In this document: piece by piece, positions 9,608 through 18,391 of the stretch | How the letters are laid out: every line of letters begins with the position of its first letter | Position numbering within the stretch: the first letter of the stretch is position 1 | Source of the DNA: Planctomycetia bacterium | GTDB lineage: Bacteria; Planctomycetota; Phycisphaerae; UBA1845; Fen-1342 | Assembly (NCBI GenBank): GCA_015709575.1 | Contig: CP054190.1 | Coordinates: 1,732,616 to 1,796,615 of the forward strand | Direction of reading: 5' to 3' | DNA: 64,000 nt | Position numbers and translations under genes: made by a program | The notes under the pieces: model-generated | What the model was told of the DNA's origin: nothing | Seen by the model: only the letters and a program-made list of their open reading frames with translations | The model's database searches: none

Positions 9608-10038
9608 GGGTCGGTCCTTTGGCTGTCATTGCAGGGCGGCGCCCGGCGCGGGCGAGCCGCATCCTGTCGGGCAAGCAGAGCCGGGCAGGCGGGGCGCAGA
9701 TACAAGCCAAATCATGGTGAGATGCCGTGCGAGCGCGGACGAGCGCTGGTACGACCGTAACCAATTGTCATATATGTGATTACGGGCGGCCGTCGGCGCG
9801 CCGAGATGAAAAAATCGGCCGAGCAGGCAGGGTGCATGTATTTCGCTGCGGGGCCGCCGCTCTGAAGGGGCGTCTGCGGAGCATTCCGCGGAACACCCGG
9901 TCGCAAAAGGGGCGCCGCGGGTGGTCCGGGAGAGTGGGCCGCGGCCACGGTCCGAAGCGTCGGGCCGGCGACGCGGAACGCACCGGGTTGGTGCGGCGGC
10001 TGCCGGAAACGCACCGGGCCAATGACGGAGATGGAACC

Positions 10039-10992
<954 letters not shown>

Positions 10993-11155
10993 CGGAGCGT
11001 GAGGCGTGCGGCGGCCCCCGCGGCCGAGCGCCCCGTTTGTTGCAACCCGGGCGGCCCGGTCTCGTGTTCGAGCCGGGCCGCCGGGTCAGCCTGAGGGAAT
11101 GACAACAGGGCACGAGTGTCGTGTCTTGCAGATTTGTGAATGGCGAACAGGAGCC

Positions 11156-11587
11156 ATGCGGATGCGAACGGGAAATGGAAAGTGGCTGATGATCAGTGCG
11201 GCGTTCCTGGGTGCGCTGGCGGGATGTGTCAGCGATGCCGCGGATTCCCTGCTGAACGCAGTCACGGATGCGGTTCGCTCGGTCGGCGGCGCCAGCGTCA
11301 ACGGGAATACGAACGGCGGTGGCACTGCTAACTCAAACGCCAATTCGTCCGGATCAGGAAACCAGAACGGCAACACAAACGCGTCCAACTCGAACTCCGG
11401 TTCCGGCGGCTCGTCGAACGGCAATTCAAACAGCGCCGGCCCAACGAACGGGAACTCCAACTCCAGCGGGAACGGCAACTCGAACGCGGCTGGCAACACG
11501 AATGGCAACACCAGCGGCGGCACGAACAGCAACACCAGCAGCGGCGGGAACGGCAACGCCAATTCCGGCGGCGGCGACGACGACTAA
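11156..11587 (+). CDS. Paralogous Asn/Ser/Gly-rich lipoprotein
   Basis: MRMRTGNGKWLMISAAFLGALAGCVSDAADSLLNAVTD shares the lipobox and the CVS-x3-SLL-x-AV-x-D start with the preceding gene. The remainder is an N/S/G/T low-complexity region ending GGGDDD. AGGAG lies upstream. The start is ATG 11156 or 11162. Confidence 0.75.
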   Translation: MRMRTGNGKWLMISAAFLGALAGCVSDAADSLLNAVTDAVRSVGGASVNGNTNGGGTANSNANSSGSGNQNGNTNASNSNSGSGGSSNGNSNSAGPTNGNSNSSGNGNSNAAGNTNGNTSGGTNSNTSSGGNGNANSGGGDDD

Positions 11588-11640
11588 CGCGGAGCCGGGT
11601 GTATCACGGCGATGCGGACCTGGTCCGTGGAGGGCCTCAC

Positions 11641-14061
11641 GTGAGTATCGCGGCTTCGGTGCTTGTTCGGGACGCAGCCCCTCCGCGGAGCGCGGACGCG
11701 CGGCGCACATTGCTGGTCGCGCGCGCACCGGCCATGGCATATTGGATCGAGTCACTGCTTGTCGGGGCGATCTCCGTCGCGCTGATGTCATTTCTGTACA
11801 GCGGTTCCGGCGGCCCGAACGGAACGGAAGTCGGTGTCCCGGGAAATGACTCGTCCTATCACATCCGCATGGCGGCGATGCTGCCGACGCACGGGCTGGT
11901 CGGTCAATTCCCCTGGCTGCAATTCGCCTGGTTTCGAGACGCGGGGGAGGCGTTTGTCAGCCATCACTATGGCTTCCACCTCCTGCTGATGCCCTTTGTC
12001 CTGGTCGCTGAGGCGCTCGGCGCCGATGCGATGACCGGCGGCCGCTGGGCGACCACGGGCTTTTTTGCCATCGTATTGGCGCTCATCAACGGTCTGTTGC
12101 GGCTTGGAAACGTCCCGTTGCGCTGGCTCTGGATCAGCCTGCTGCTGGTGCTGCCGGAGCATTTCTTCTTCCGGCATGCCCTGGTCCGGGCCATCGCACC
12201 GTCGCTGATGCTGCAACTGGCGGTAGTCGCTGCACTGCTGGCGCGGCGACCGGTCGCGCTGGCCGTGTGCGTTGCCGCGTATAACCACCTGTACCTCGGC
12301 GCGGTCATGTTCTCGCCCGTGATCCTGCTGGCATTCGCGGTCGCCCATCTTGCGTCTGGGCGCGAGGACCGCCGCAGGGCACTGCGAATGTGCGCGGCGG
12401 GTGCGATCGGCTGGCTGGCGGGCGTTCTGACGTATCCCTACTTCGCCGGCATGCGAGAGTTTCTCTGGCTGCAGGTCTTCGGTACGGGACTGACGCCCGA
12501 CATCGAAGTGGGCGTCGAGTGGTCCTCGTACGGAAATGTGTGGGACTTCGCGACCCGCATGTGCGGGCCGCTGCTCGCGATCTGGTGCACAGCGCTCGTC
12601 CTGCGCCTGCGCAGCGGCCCGCCGCTCTCGCCGACGGAACTGACGCTGTTGTTCCTGCATCTGGGGTTCCTGCTGTTGACGCTCAAGGCGCGGCGGTTCA
12701 TTGAATACTGGCCGGCATATGCGCTACTGTCCGCTGCCTGGCTGTCCGCGCCGCCGATCCGGGCGTGGCTGCACCCCGCGCAGGCTTCGCGCTGGGCCGG
12801 TTTTCGGGGACCGGTCATTGGCGTGATTGCGCTGGCAGGAATCGGCCTGGTAGCCTTCTTCGCGTGGCGGGCCGGGCGACCCGGGGGTTCAGATGTCCTG
12901 CTGCTCGGCGCTGCCCTGGCAGCCCTCGTCGGCGGAATTGCCTGCCTGCAGGCGCTTCTACAGGCTGAAGGGCGAGCTTTGCGGAGGGTGCTGGTTGCCG
13001 CAGCGGCGCTCGCTGCCGCGGGGGGCACGGCTTCGGCGGCGGTGATGCTGCGGGCTGATGCGCTGCGACACGCCCGCGATGAGCTTCGCTGTCCCTACGA
13101 CCTGGCCGCCATCCGTGACATGATGGGCTTCATCAAGGCCCAATCCGCCCCGGGCGAGGTCATCTTCACCGACGATTGGGACACGTTCCCGGTGTTTTTC
13201 TATCATAACACGCACAACCACTACGTCGTCGGCCTGGATCCGAAGTTCACGCACGCCCGCCGCCCGGATCTCTGGGAGCGCTATGTGCGCATCACCCGCG
13301 CCCAGGTTCCCCACGAAGGGCGAGTCAAGCGCCATGGCGCGGATGGCAGCGTTTCCTACGAACCGATCCGCGTCGAGCTGGCTGACATCCGTCGCTTCTT
13401 CGGGGCGCGCTGGGTGATCTGCGACCGCGACCATCGCGGACTCGCCGCGGCGCTGGCGCGCGCCCCCGCGCTGGCCGAGCTGGCGTACCCGGTGAAGAAC
13501 TATGCCGACGTGCACGATGCTCCATACGTCGTATTTCGCATTCGCCGCGAGGACGAAACGCTGCCGGCGGAGTCGGCCCTATCGGCCCGGGAACTCGGCG
13601 ACGTCGTGTTCCTCGGCGACCTCGCGCCGACGCACTCCGAGCAGGGTTGGGGCGAACTGCGGGTGGATCGTTCCGTCGCCGGAGGTCCGATCCGCATCGG
13701 TGGAATGACCTATCTGCGCGGATTGGGCACGCACGCCCCGTCGCGGATCGAGTTTCGCATCCCGGATGGCTACGACACGTTCGAGGCCGTCGTCGGCATT
13801 GATGCGTCGCAGAGCGCGGCGGGATCGGTGGTCGTGCGCGTCGAGGTGGACGGGGTTGAGCGCTTCCGGTCGTCGCTCCTTCGCGGCGGAGCCGAACCAC
13901 TGACAGTACAGGTTCCGATAGGCGTGGGACGCACTTTGTCATTGTTCTCGGACGCTACCAACGACGGCGATACCAGTGATCACGTCAACTGGGCGTTCGC
14001 ACGGCTGCTGCGAACCGTCGATTCCGCCGACGTCGACCCAACCGACCGCAAGGGGCCGTAA
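11641..14061 (+). CDS. Large multi-pass membrane protein (GT-C-like architecture, unassigned family) with C-terminal NPCBM-like carbohydrate-binding domain
   Basis: The N-terminal ~450 aa hold many TM helices. The C-terminus GWGELRVDRSVAGGPIRIGGMTYLRGLGTHAPSRIEFRIPDGYDTFEAVVGIDASQSAAGSVVVRVEVDG...SDATNDGDTSDHVNWAFARLL matches the NPCBM/NEW2 pattern. GTG 11641 is preceded by GGAGG at 7 nt. The track start 11599 and ATG 11734 are alternatives. Confidence 0.6.
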   Translation: MSIAASVLVRDAAPPRSADARRTLLVARAPAMAYWIESLLVGAISVALMSFLYSGSGGPNGTEVGVPGNDSSYHIRMAAMLPTHGLVGQFPWLQFAWFRDAGEAFVSHHYGFHLLLMPFVLVAEALGADAMTGGRWATTGFFAIVLALINGLLRLGNVPLRWLWISLLLVLPEHFFFRHALVRAIAPSLMLQLAVVAALLARRPVALAVCVAAYNHLYLGAVMFSPVILLAFAVAHLASGREDRRRALRMCAAGAIGWLAGVLTYPYFAGMREFLWLQVFGTGLTPDIEVGVEWSSYGNVWDFATRMCGPLLAIWCTALVLRLRSGPPLSPTELTLLFLHLGFLLLTLKARRFIEYWPAYALLSAAWLSAPPIRAWLHPAQASRWAGFRGPVIGVIALAGIGLVAFFAWRAGRPGGSDVLLLGAALAALVGGIACLQALLQAEGRALRRVLVAAAALAAAGGTASAAVMLRADALRHARDELRCPYDLAAIRDMMGFIKAQSAPGEVIFTDDWDTFPVFFYHNTHNHYVVGLDPKFTHARRPDLWERYVRITRAQVPHEGRVKRHGADGSVSYEPIRVELADIRRFFGARWVICDRDHRGLAAALARAPALAELAYPVKNYADVHDAPYVVFRIRREDETLPAESALSARELGDVVFLGDLAPTHSEQGWGELRVDRSVAGGPIRIGGMTYLRGLGTHAPSRIEFRIPDGYDTFEAVVGIDASQSAAGSVVVRVEVDGVERFRSSLLRGGAEPLTVQVPIGVGRTLSLFSDATNDGDTSDHVNWAFARLLRTVDSADVDPTDRKGP

Positions 14062-14273
14062 CCATGATGCTTGCAACCGAGGTAGACGCGGCCACGCGGG
14101 CGCATCAGTCCCGCGCTCCAGCGGCTCTCGCTGCCACACAAGACGCAGCGCGCTTCGCCAGGAATGTTCGCAACGCATTCGAGGAGGATCCTGGTCGCGA
14201 TCACCCGTCGGGAGGGCTACAATCCGGCGGCCGCGGGCTTCCGACCGGTTCGCGCTTCAATTCGGGAAATCGA

Positions 14274-14831
14274 GTGCAGCGAAGCGATGCCGATCTGGTC
14301 CGTCTTTGCATCGACGGCAATGCAGACGCCTGGAACGAGCTGGTGGACCGCTTCGGTCGGCTCGTTTACTCCATTTCGATCAAGTGCGGCTTGGCGGGAA
14401 ATGACGCGGATGACGTCTTTCAGACGGTGTTTGGCATCGTTCTGCGCAAGCTGAACGAACTCCGCGACGAATCCCGCCTCGCCGGTTGGATCGGACGAAC
14501 GGCCCAGCGAGAAGCCTGGCGCATGCGCCGCCGCCGGCGCGGCGAGCCGCTCACGCTTGACGACGCGGCTGAGCCGGCCGCGGATGATGACGTTGATCTG
14601 GCCCGCGCCGAGCAGCAACACATCGTTCGTCGCGGATTGTCGGAATTGGGCGGCCGCTGCCAGGAATTGCTCGAGGCGCTCTTTCTCGGCGCGGACGACC
14701 CGGATTATCAGACCATCGCCGAGCGCCTGGGTATCCCGGTCGGCAGCATCGGTCCTACCCGCGCCCGCTGCTTCACGAAGCTCGAAGCGATCCTGAAAAA
14801 GCTCGGAATCGCGGATTCGGACGTGGAATAG
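14274..14831 (+). CDS. ECF-type RNA polymerase sigma factor (sigma-70 regions 2 and 4)
   Basis: Region 2 reads DLVRLCIDGNADAWNELVDRFGRLVYSISIKCGLAGNDADDVFQTVF...AGWIGRTAQREA. Region 4 reads LGGRCQELLEALFLGADDPDYQTIAERLGIPVGSIGPTRARCFTKL. The track ORF starts at 14064, but those 70 codons have poor G/C third-position bias. GTG 14274 gives a typical 185-aa ECF size. Confidence 0.85.
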   Translation: MQRSDADLVRLCIDGNADAWNELVDRFGRLVYSISIKCGLAGNDADDVFQTVFGIVLRKLNELRDESRLAGWIGRTAQREAWRMRRRRRGEPLTLDDAAEPAADDDVDLARAEQQHIVRRGLSELGGRCQELLEALFLGADDPDYQTIAERLGIPVGSIGPTRARCFTKLEAILKKLGIADSDVE

Positions 14832-14927
14832 GTCCATGGTCGGCGACCCGCCCCGTCCCGATTTTCTAACCGGCTGTATTTCTTTGGCCCGCCCGGCGCT
14901 CTGGCTACAGTGTCAGGAGGTCTCACG

Positions 14928-15560
14928 ATGTCGGAATTGAAGATCAACCCGGAACTGCTGCTGGCCTGGGCCGCCGGCGAACTCTCGGCTGCGGACGTGA
15001 CCGCCGTTGAAGCGGTGCTGGCCGGCGCGCCGGAGCTTGCCCGTCGGGCCACCCGATTTCGGAAAGTGGTCGAGTTGATGCGGACGGATGACTCGCGCCC
15101 GGTCCCCGCGGCGCTGCTGACGGAGGCGAAGTCGCTGTTCGCCGAACGGCGAACCGCAAAGGTGGGGCCGGGTTGGCTTGAGTCGCTGAAGCGCGTCGTG
15201 GCGGCGCTGGTGTACGACAGTCGACCGCGCGGTGCGCTTGCGGGGCTGCGGTCTGGCGCGTCGGACAGCTTCCAGCTTTCCTACGAATCCGAGCTGGCGG
15301 ATGTGGACGTTCAGCTTGACTCGCTGCCGTTGGACGCCGGCGATCCGCCGCGGTGGCGCATGCTGGCGCAGGTCACTCCGCACGGCGACGCGGCGGTTGC
15401 GTCGGCTGTGCTGGTGCATGCCGGGACGCTGGATGCGGTGGCCGAGGTCCGTGCCGATGAAACCGGATTGATTCGAATTGACGTTTCCAGCGGGCGGTTC
15501 GACCTGCTGGTGGCCGTGGGGGCCGACGTGATCGTGGTGCCGGGAGTCAGCCCGGAATGA
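14928..15560 (+). CDS. Soluble anti-sigma-factor-like protein (anti-sigma-domain-like N-terminus, no TM helix, no zinc motif)
   Basis: ATG 14928 follows GGAGG at 7 nt. INPELLLAWAAGELSAADVTAVEAVLAGAPELARRATRF resembles the helical N-terminus of ECF anti-sigma factors. It lies immediately downstream of the ECF sigma gene. Its stop overlaps the next start (ATGA at 15557..15560). Confidence 0.5.
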   Translation: MSELKINPELLLAWAAGELSAADVTAVEAVLAGAPELARRATRFRKVVELMRTDDSRPVPAALLTEAKSLFAERRTAKVGPGWLESLKRVVAALVYDSRPRGALAGLRSGASDSFQLSYESELADVDVQLDSLPLDAGDPPRWRMLAQVTPHGDAAVASAVLVHAGTLDAVAEVRADETGLIRIDVSSGRFDLLVAVGADVIVVPGVSPE

Positions 15561-18391
15561 ACGCGACCGAACGAGACGGCGGCGGGACGGAATCGGCGGC
15601 GGCAGTGCTGGATCAACTGTCGGCGCTGGCGCCGGAGCATCGGTCCGCGTGGCTGCGCGCCAGGGGAAACGTAGCGGCCGTCCTGATCGAGCTGGCGGAG
15701 CTGGTCGAGACGCTGGCGGTCAGTGAGGTCAAGGCGGCGCTTCAGGCCGGTGCGCTGATTGAGGCCGTTGCGGCGGAACTGGCCCCCGGAGCGACCGAGG
15801 CGCGGGTTCGTCGCGCATGCGCACAGGCGCTGGCCTATGGCGGGCGCTTCGAGGAGGCACTGCGGACGCTTGACACCGCCGTGTCGGCGGCGGAGCGGGC
15901 CGGCAGCGCCGTCGAGGCCGCCCGCGCCCGAATGGCCAGCATGCACGCGCTGAATCAACTGGGCCGCTATCGTGAATCAATCGCGGCCGGGGATGCGGCG
16001 CGGGAGGGCTTCCTGGCGGCGGGCGAGCCGGCACAGGCCGCGCGCGCGGATGCAAACCTGGGCGCGACCTATCGAATGCTGGATAACCCACAGGGGGCCT
16101 TGCGCCACTATGACCGCGCTCGTCCCATTCTTGCGGCCGATCCGGGCGCAACGGCCCAGCTCGACGCGAATCGCGGTGTGGCGCTGATGGATCTGGACCG
16201 ATTCGACGACGCCGCGCGAGCCTTCGGCAGCGCGCTGCCGGTCTTCGATAGTCGCGGAATGGGCTGGGCCGCGGCCATTGTTGAAGGCAACCTCGCGGAA
16301 TTGCGGGCGCGGCAGGGGAGGATCCAGGCGGCACTCTCCCATTACGAGCGGGCGCGCCGGCATCTTGAATCCGACGCGGCGGACGCCGAAGTAGCGCGCA
16401 TCCTGGGTGAAGAGGGGGATGCGCTCGCGCTGGCGGGCGCGTTGGAGGACGCGCAGTCGAGCTATGAGCGCGCGTTGCCGGCGCTCGAGTCGCACGGTCT
16501 GGTGACGGAAGCGGTGCGCGCGAGACTCGGAATCGCACGGGTGCTGATGCAGCGGCGGCGGCTGCGGGAAGCGGACCTGCTGCTCGCCGACGTCGCGGAG
16601 CGCTACGCGAGCCTGGGCCAGCACGCGGCCCGCGGCCGGGCGCAACTGCTCCGCTCGGAAGCGCGCCTGGCGCAGGGAGACCTAGATACCGCGGCCGAAC
16701 TGGTCAGCGATGCGCTCGCATCCCTGGCGGATCGGCCGACGGAGCGGGCGGCGGCGCTGATCCAGCGGGCCGACCTGCTCCGCAGCCGCGGTGACATCGG
16801 CGCCGCGCGGCGCGACGTGGAGGAGGCGGCCGCCATCGCCGAATCGCTTGACCTGGCGCCCCTGCGGGCCGAGGCGGCGAGGCTGCACGCGGCTCACGCT
16901 CGCGCCGCCGGCGACCCGAGCGCCGCCATCGGCCACCTGCGTGAGTCTGTCCGACAGGTCGAGCGCGTGCGCGGCACGTTGCATGCGCAGCGCTTGCGGT
17001 CGGCGTTCCTCGGGCGGCGGCTGGCGGCGTATGAGGAGCTGGTGCAGGCGCTGCTCGATCGCGGCGGGCCGCGCGATGTGGCGGAGGCCTTTGACGTAAT
17101 CGAGCGTGCGCGCAGCCGCTGGCTGCTCGATCAATTGCAACCGGCCGCCCCAACCGAGCCGAATGGCCTGGAGGGTGCGGAAGACCCGCTTGAGACAGAA
17201 CTGGCGTCGGTGCAATCCGAGCTGAACGGCCTGTACAGCCGCGTGGCTGACGGCGACGGCGGCGCCGCCGCGGGGGACCGGCGCGAGGACATTCGCCGCT
17301 GCGAGCAGCGCCTCGCGCAACTGGAGAGCCGCATCGCCAACGCGCGCGGCGCGGTGAGCCTTTTTGCCCCGCCGGCCCCGGTGTCAGACGTGCAGCGACG
17401 CCTGGCGGCGGGGGAGCGCCTGATCCAGTTCTTCACCGCCGGCGACGAACTGCTGGCGCTGGTGCTGTCGCCGGACGAACTGACCGTACATCGTCGCCTG
17501 GGCGTGAACTCCCAGATCGCCGACCGGGTGCAACAGGCCGTGTTCCAGGTGCGGCGGGCGCTGCGCCCGGGCGCCACGGACGGTTCGCGCGGCGAGCGCC
17601 TGCTGACGGACACGAAGCGCGCCGCCGCAGCGCTGTACGACGCGCTGATCGCGCCGCTCGAGCCATCGCTGCGCGGGGCGTCGCGCCTGATCATCGCGCC
17701 GCACGGATCGCTGCACGCGCTGCCATTCGCGGCGCTATGGGACGGCGCGGCGTGGCTGGTGGAGCGCTTCGAGATTGAGCACGTCATCAGCGGCAGCTTG
17801 TTCCGCTCGATGGTGCGCGAGGAGTCCGGCGCGAGCCGGGCGCTGGTGGTGGGGGTGGCGGATGATCGCGCGCCGCAGATCGCCGCCGAAGCGCGGCAGG
17901 TAGCGTCGCGATTCAGCAACGCCACGTTGCTGCTGGGTTCAGAGGCGACGGTTGCAAACGTGATGCGGACCGCCCCGCTGGCGCAGGTGCTGCACCTCGC
18001 GGCGCACGGGCACTTTTCGAGCGACTCGCCGCTGAGCAGCGGGCTGCGCCTGGCGGATCGCTGGCTCACCGTGAGCGATATCTGCCGGATGAAGCTCGAC
18101 GCGCGCCTGACCGTGCTGAGTGGGTGCGAGACGGGTCGCAGCGTGGTGGCAGCCGGAGACGACCTGCTCGGGCTGCTGCGCGGGTTCGTCGCCGGCGGCG
18201 CTCGGCGGCTGCTGGCCAGCCAGTGGACCGTGCCGGATGCGGCCACGCTGAGACTGATGGATGCGTTCTATGATTCCTGGTGCGGCGGAATGCCGGCGGC
18301 CGCAGCCCTGCGGCGCGGCCAGCTCGCGCTGCTGGCCGAACAACCTCATCCGGCGGCGTGGGCCGGATTCATTCTCATAGGTGCTGCATGA
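15557..18391 (+). CDS. TPR-repeat + CHAT-domain (caspase-like) protease, cytoplasmic
   Basis: The N-terminal ~600 aa are Ala/Leu/Arg-rich TPR-like helical repeats. The C-terminus reads LIIAPHGSLHALPFAAL...VLHLAAHGHF...LTVLSGCETG...LASQWTVPDAATLRLMDAFY, the CHAT His/Cys dyad pattern. No signal peptide is present. Confidence 0.85.
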   Translation: MNATERDGGGTESAAAVLDQLSALAPEHRSAWLRARGNVAAVLIELAELVETLAVSEVKAALQAGALIEAVAAELAPGATEARVRRACAQALAYGGRFEEALRTLDTAVSAAERAGSAVEAARARMASMHALNQLGRYRESIAAGDAAREGFLAAGEPAQAARADANLGATYRMLDNPQGALRHYDRARPILAADPGATAQLDANRGVALMDLDRFDDAARAFGSALPVFDSRGMGWAAAIVEGNLAELRARQGRIQAALSHYERARRHLESDAADAEVARILGEEGDALALAGALEDAQSSYERALPALESHGLVTEAVRARLGIARVLMQRRRLREADLLLADVAERYASLGQHAARGRAQLLRSEARLAQGDLDTAAELVSDALASLADRPTERAAALIQRADLLRSRGDIGAARRDVEEAAAIAESLDLAPLRAEAARLHAAHARAAGDPSAAIGHLRESVRQVERVRGTLHAQRLRSAFLGRRLAAYEELVQALLDRGGPRDVAEAFDVIERARSRWLLDQLQPAAPTEPNGLEGAEDPLETELASVQSELNGLYSRVADGDGGAAAGDRREDIRRCEQRLAQLESRIANARGAVSLFAPPAPVSDVQRRLAAGERLIQFFTAGDELLALVLSPDELTVHRRLGVNSQIADRVQQAVFQVRRALRPGATDGSRGERLLTDTKRAAAALYDALIAPLEPSLRGASRLIIAPHGSLHALPFAALWDGAAWLVERFEIEHVISGSLFRSMVREESGASRALVVGVADDRAPQIAAEARQVASRFSNATLLLGSEATVANVMRTAPLAQVLHLAAHGHFSSDSPLSSGLRLADRWLTVSDICRMKLDARLTVLSGCETGRSVVAAGDDLLGLLRGFVAGGARRLLASQWTVPDAATLRLMDAFYDSWCGGMPAAAALRRGQLALLAEQPHPAAWAGFILIGAA

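Noticed and set aside
14064-14273. 70-codon N-terminal extension of the ECF sigma factor as given by the ORF track.
   Set aside because: G/C third-position bias is clearly weaker here than in the sigma body, and the translated extension is low-complexity. In-frame GTG 14274 yields a standard-size ECF sigma. The stretch more likely holds the operon's promoter. It contains a small GAATG-N9-CATTC inverted repeat at 14162..14180 that I consider too weak to call.
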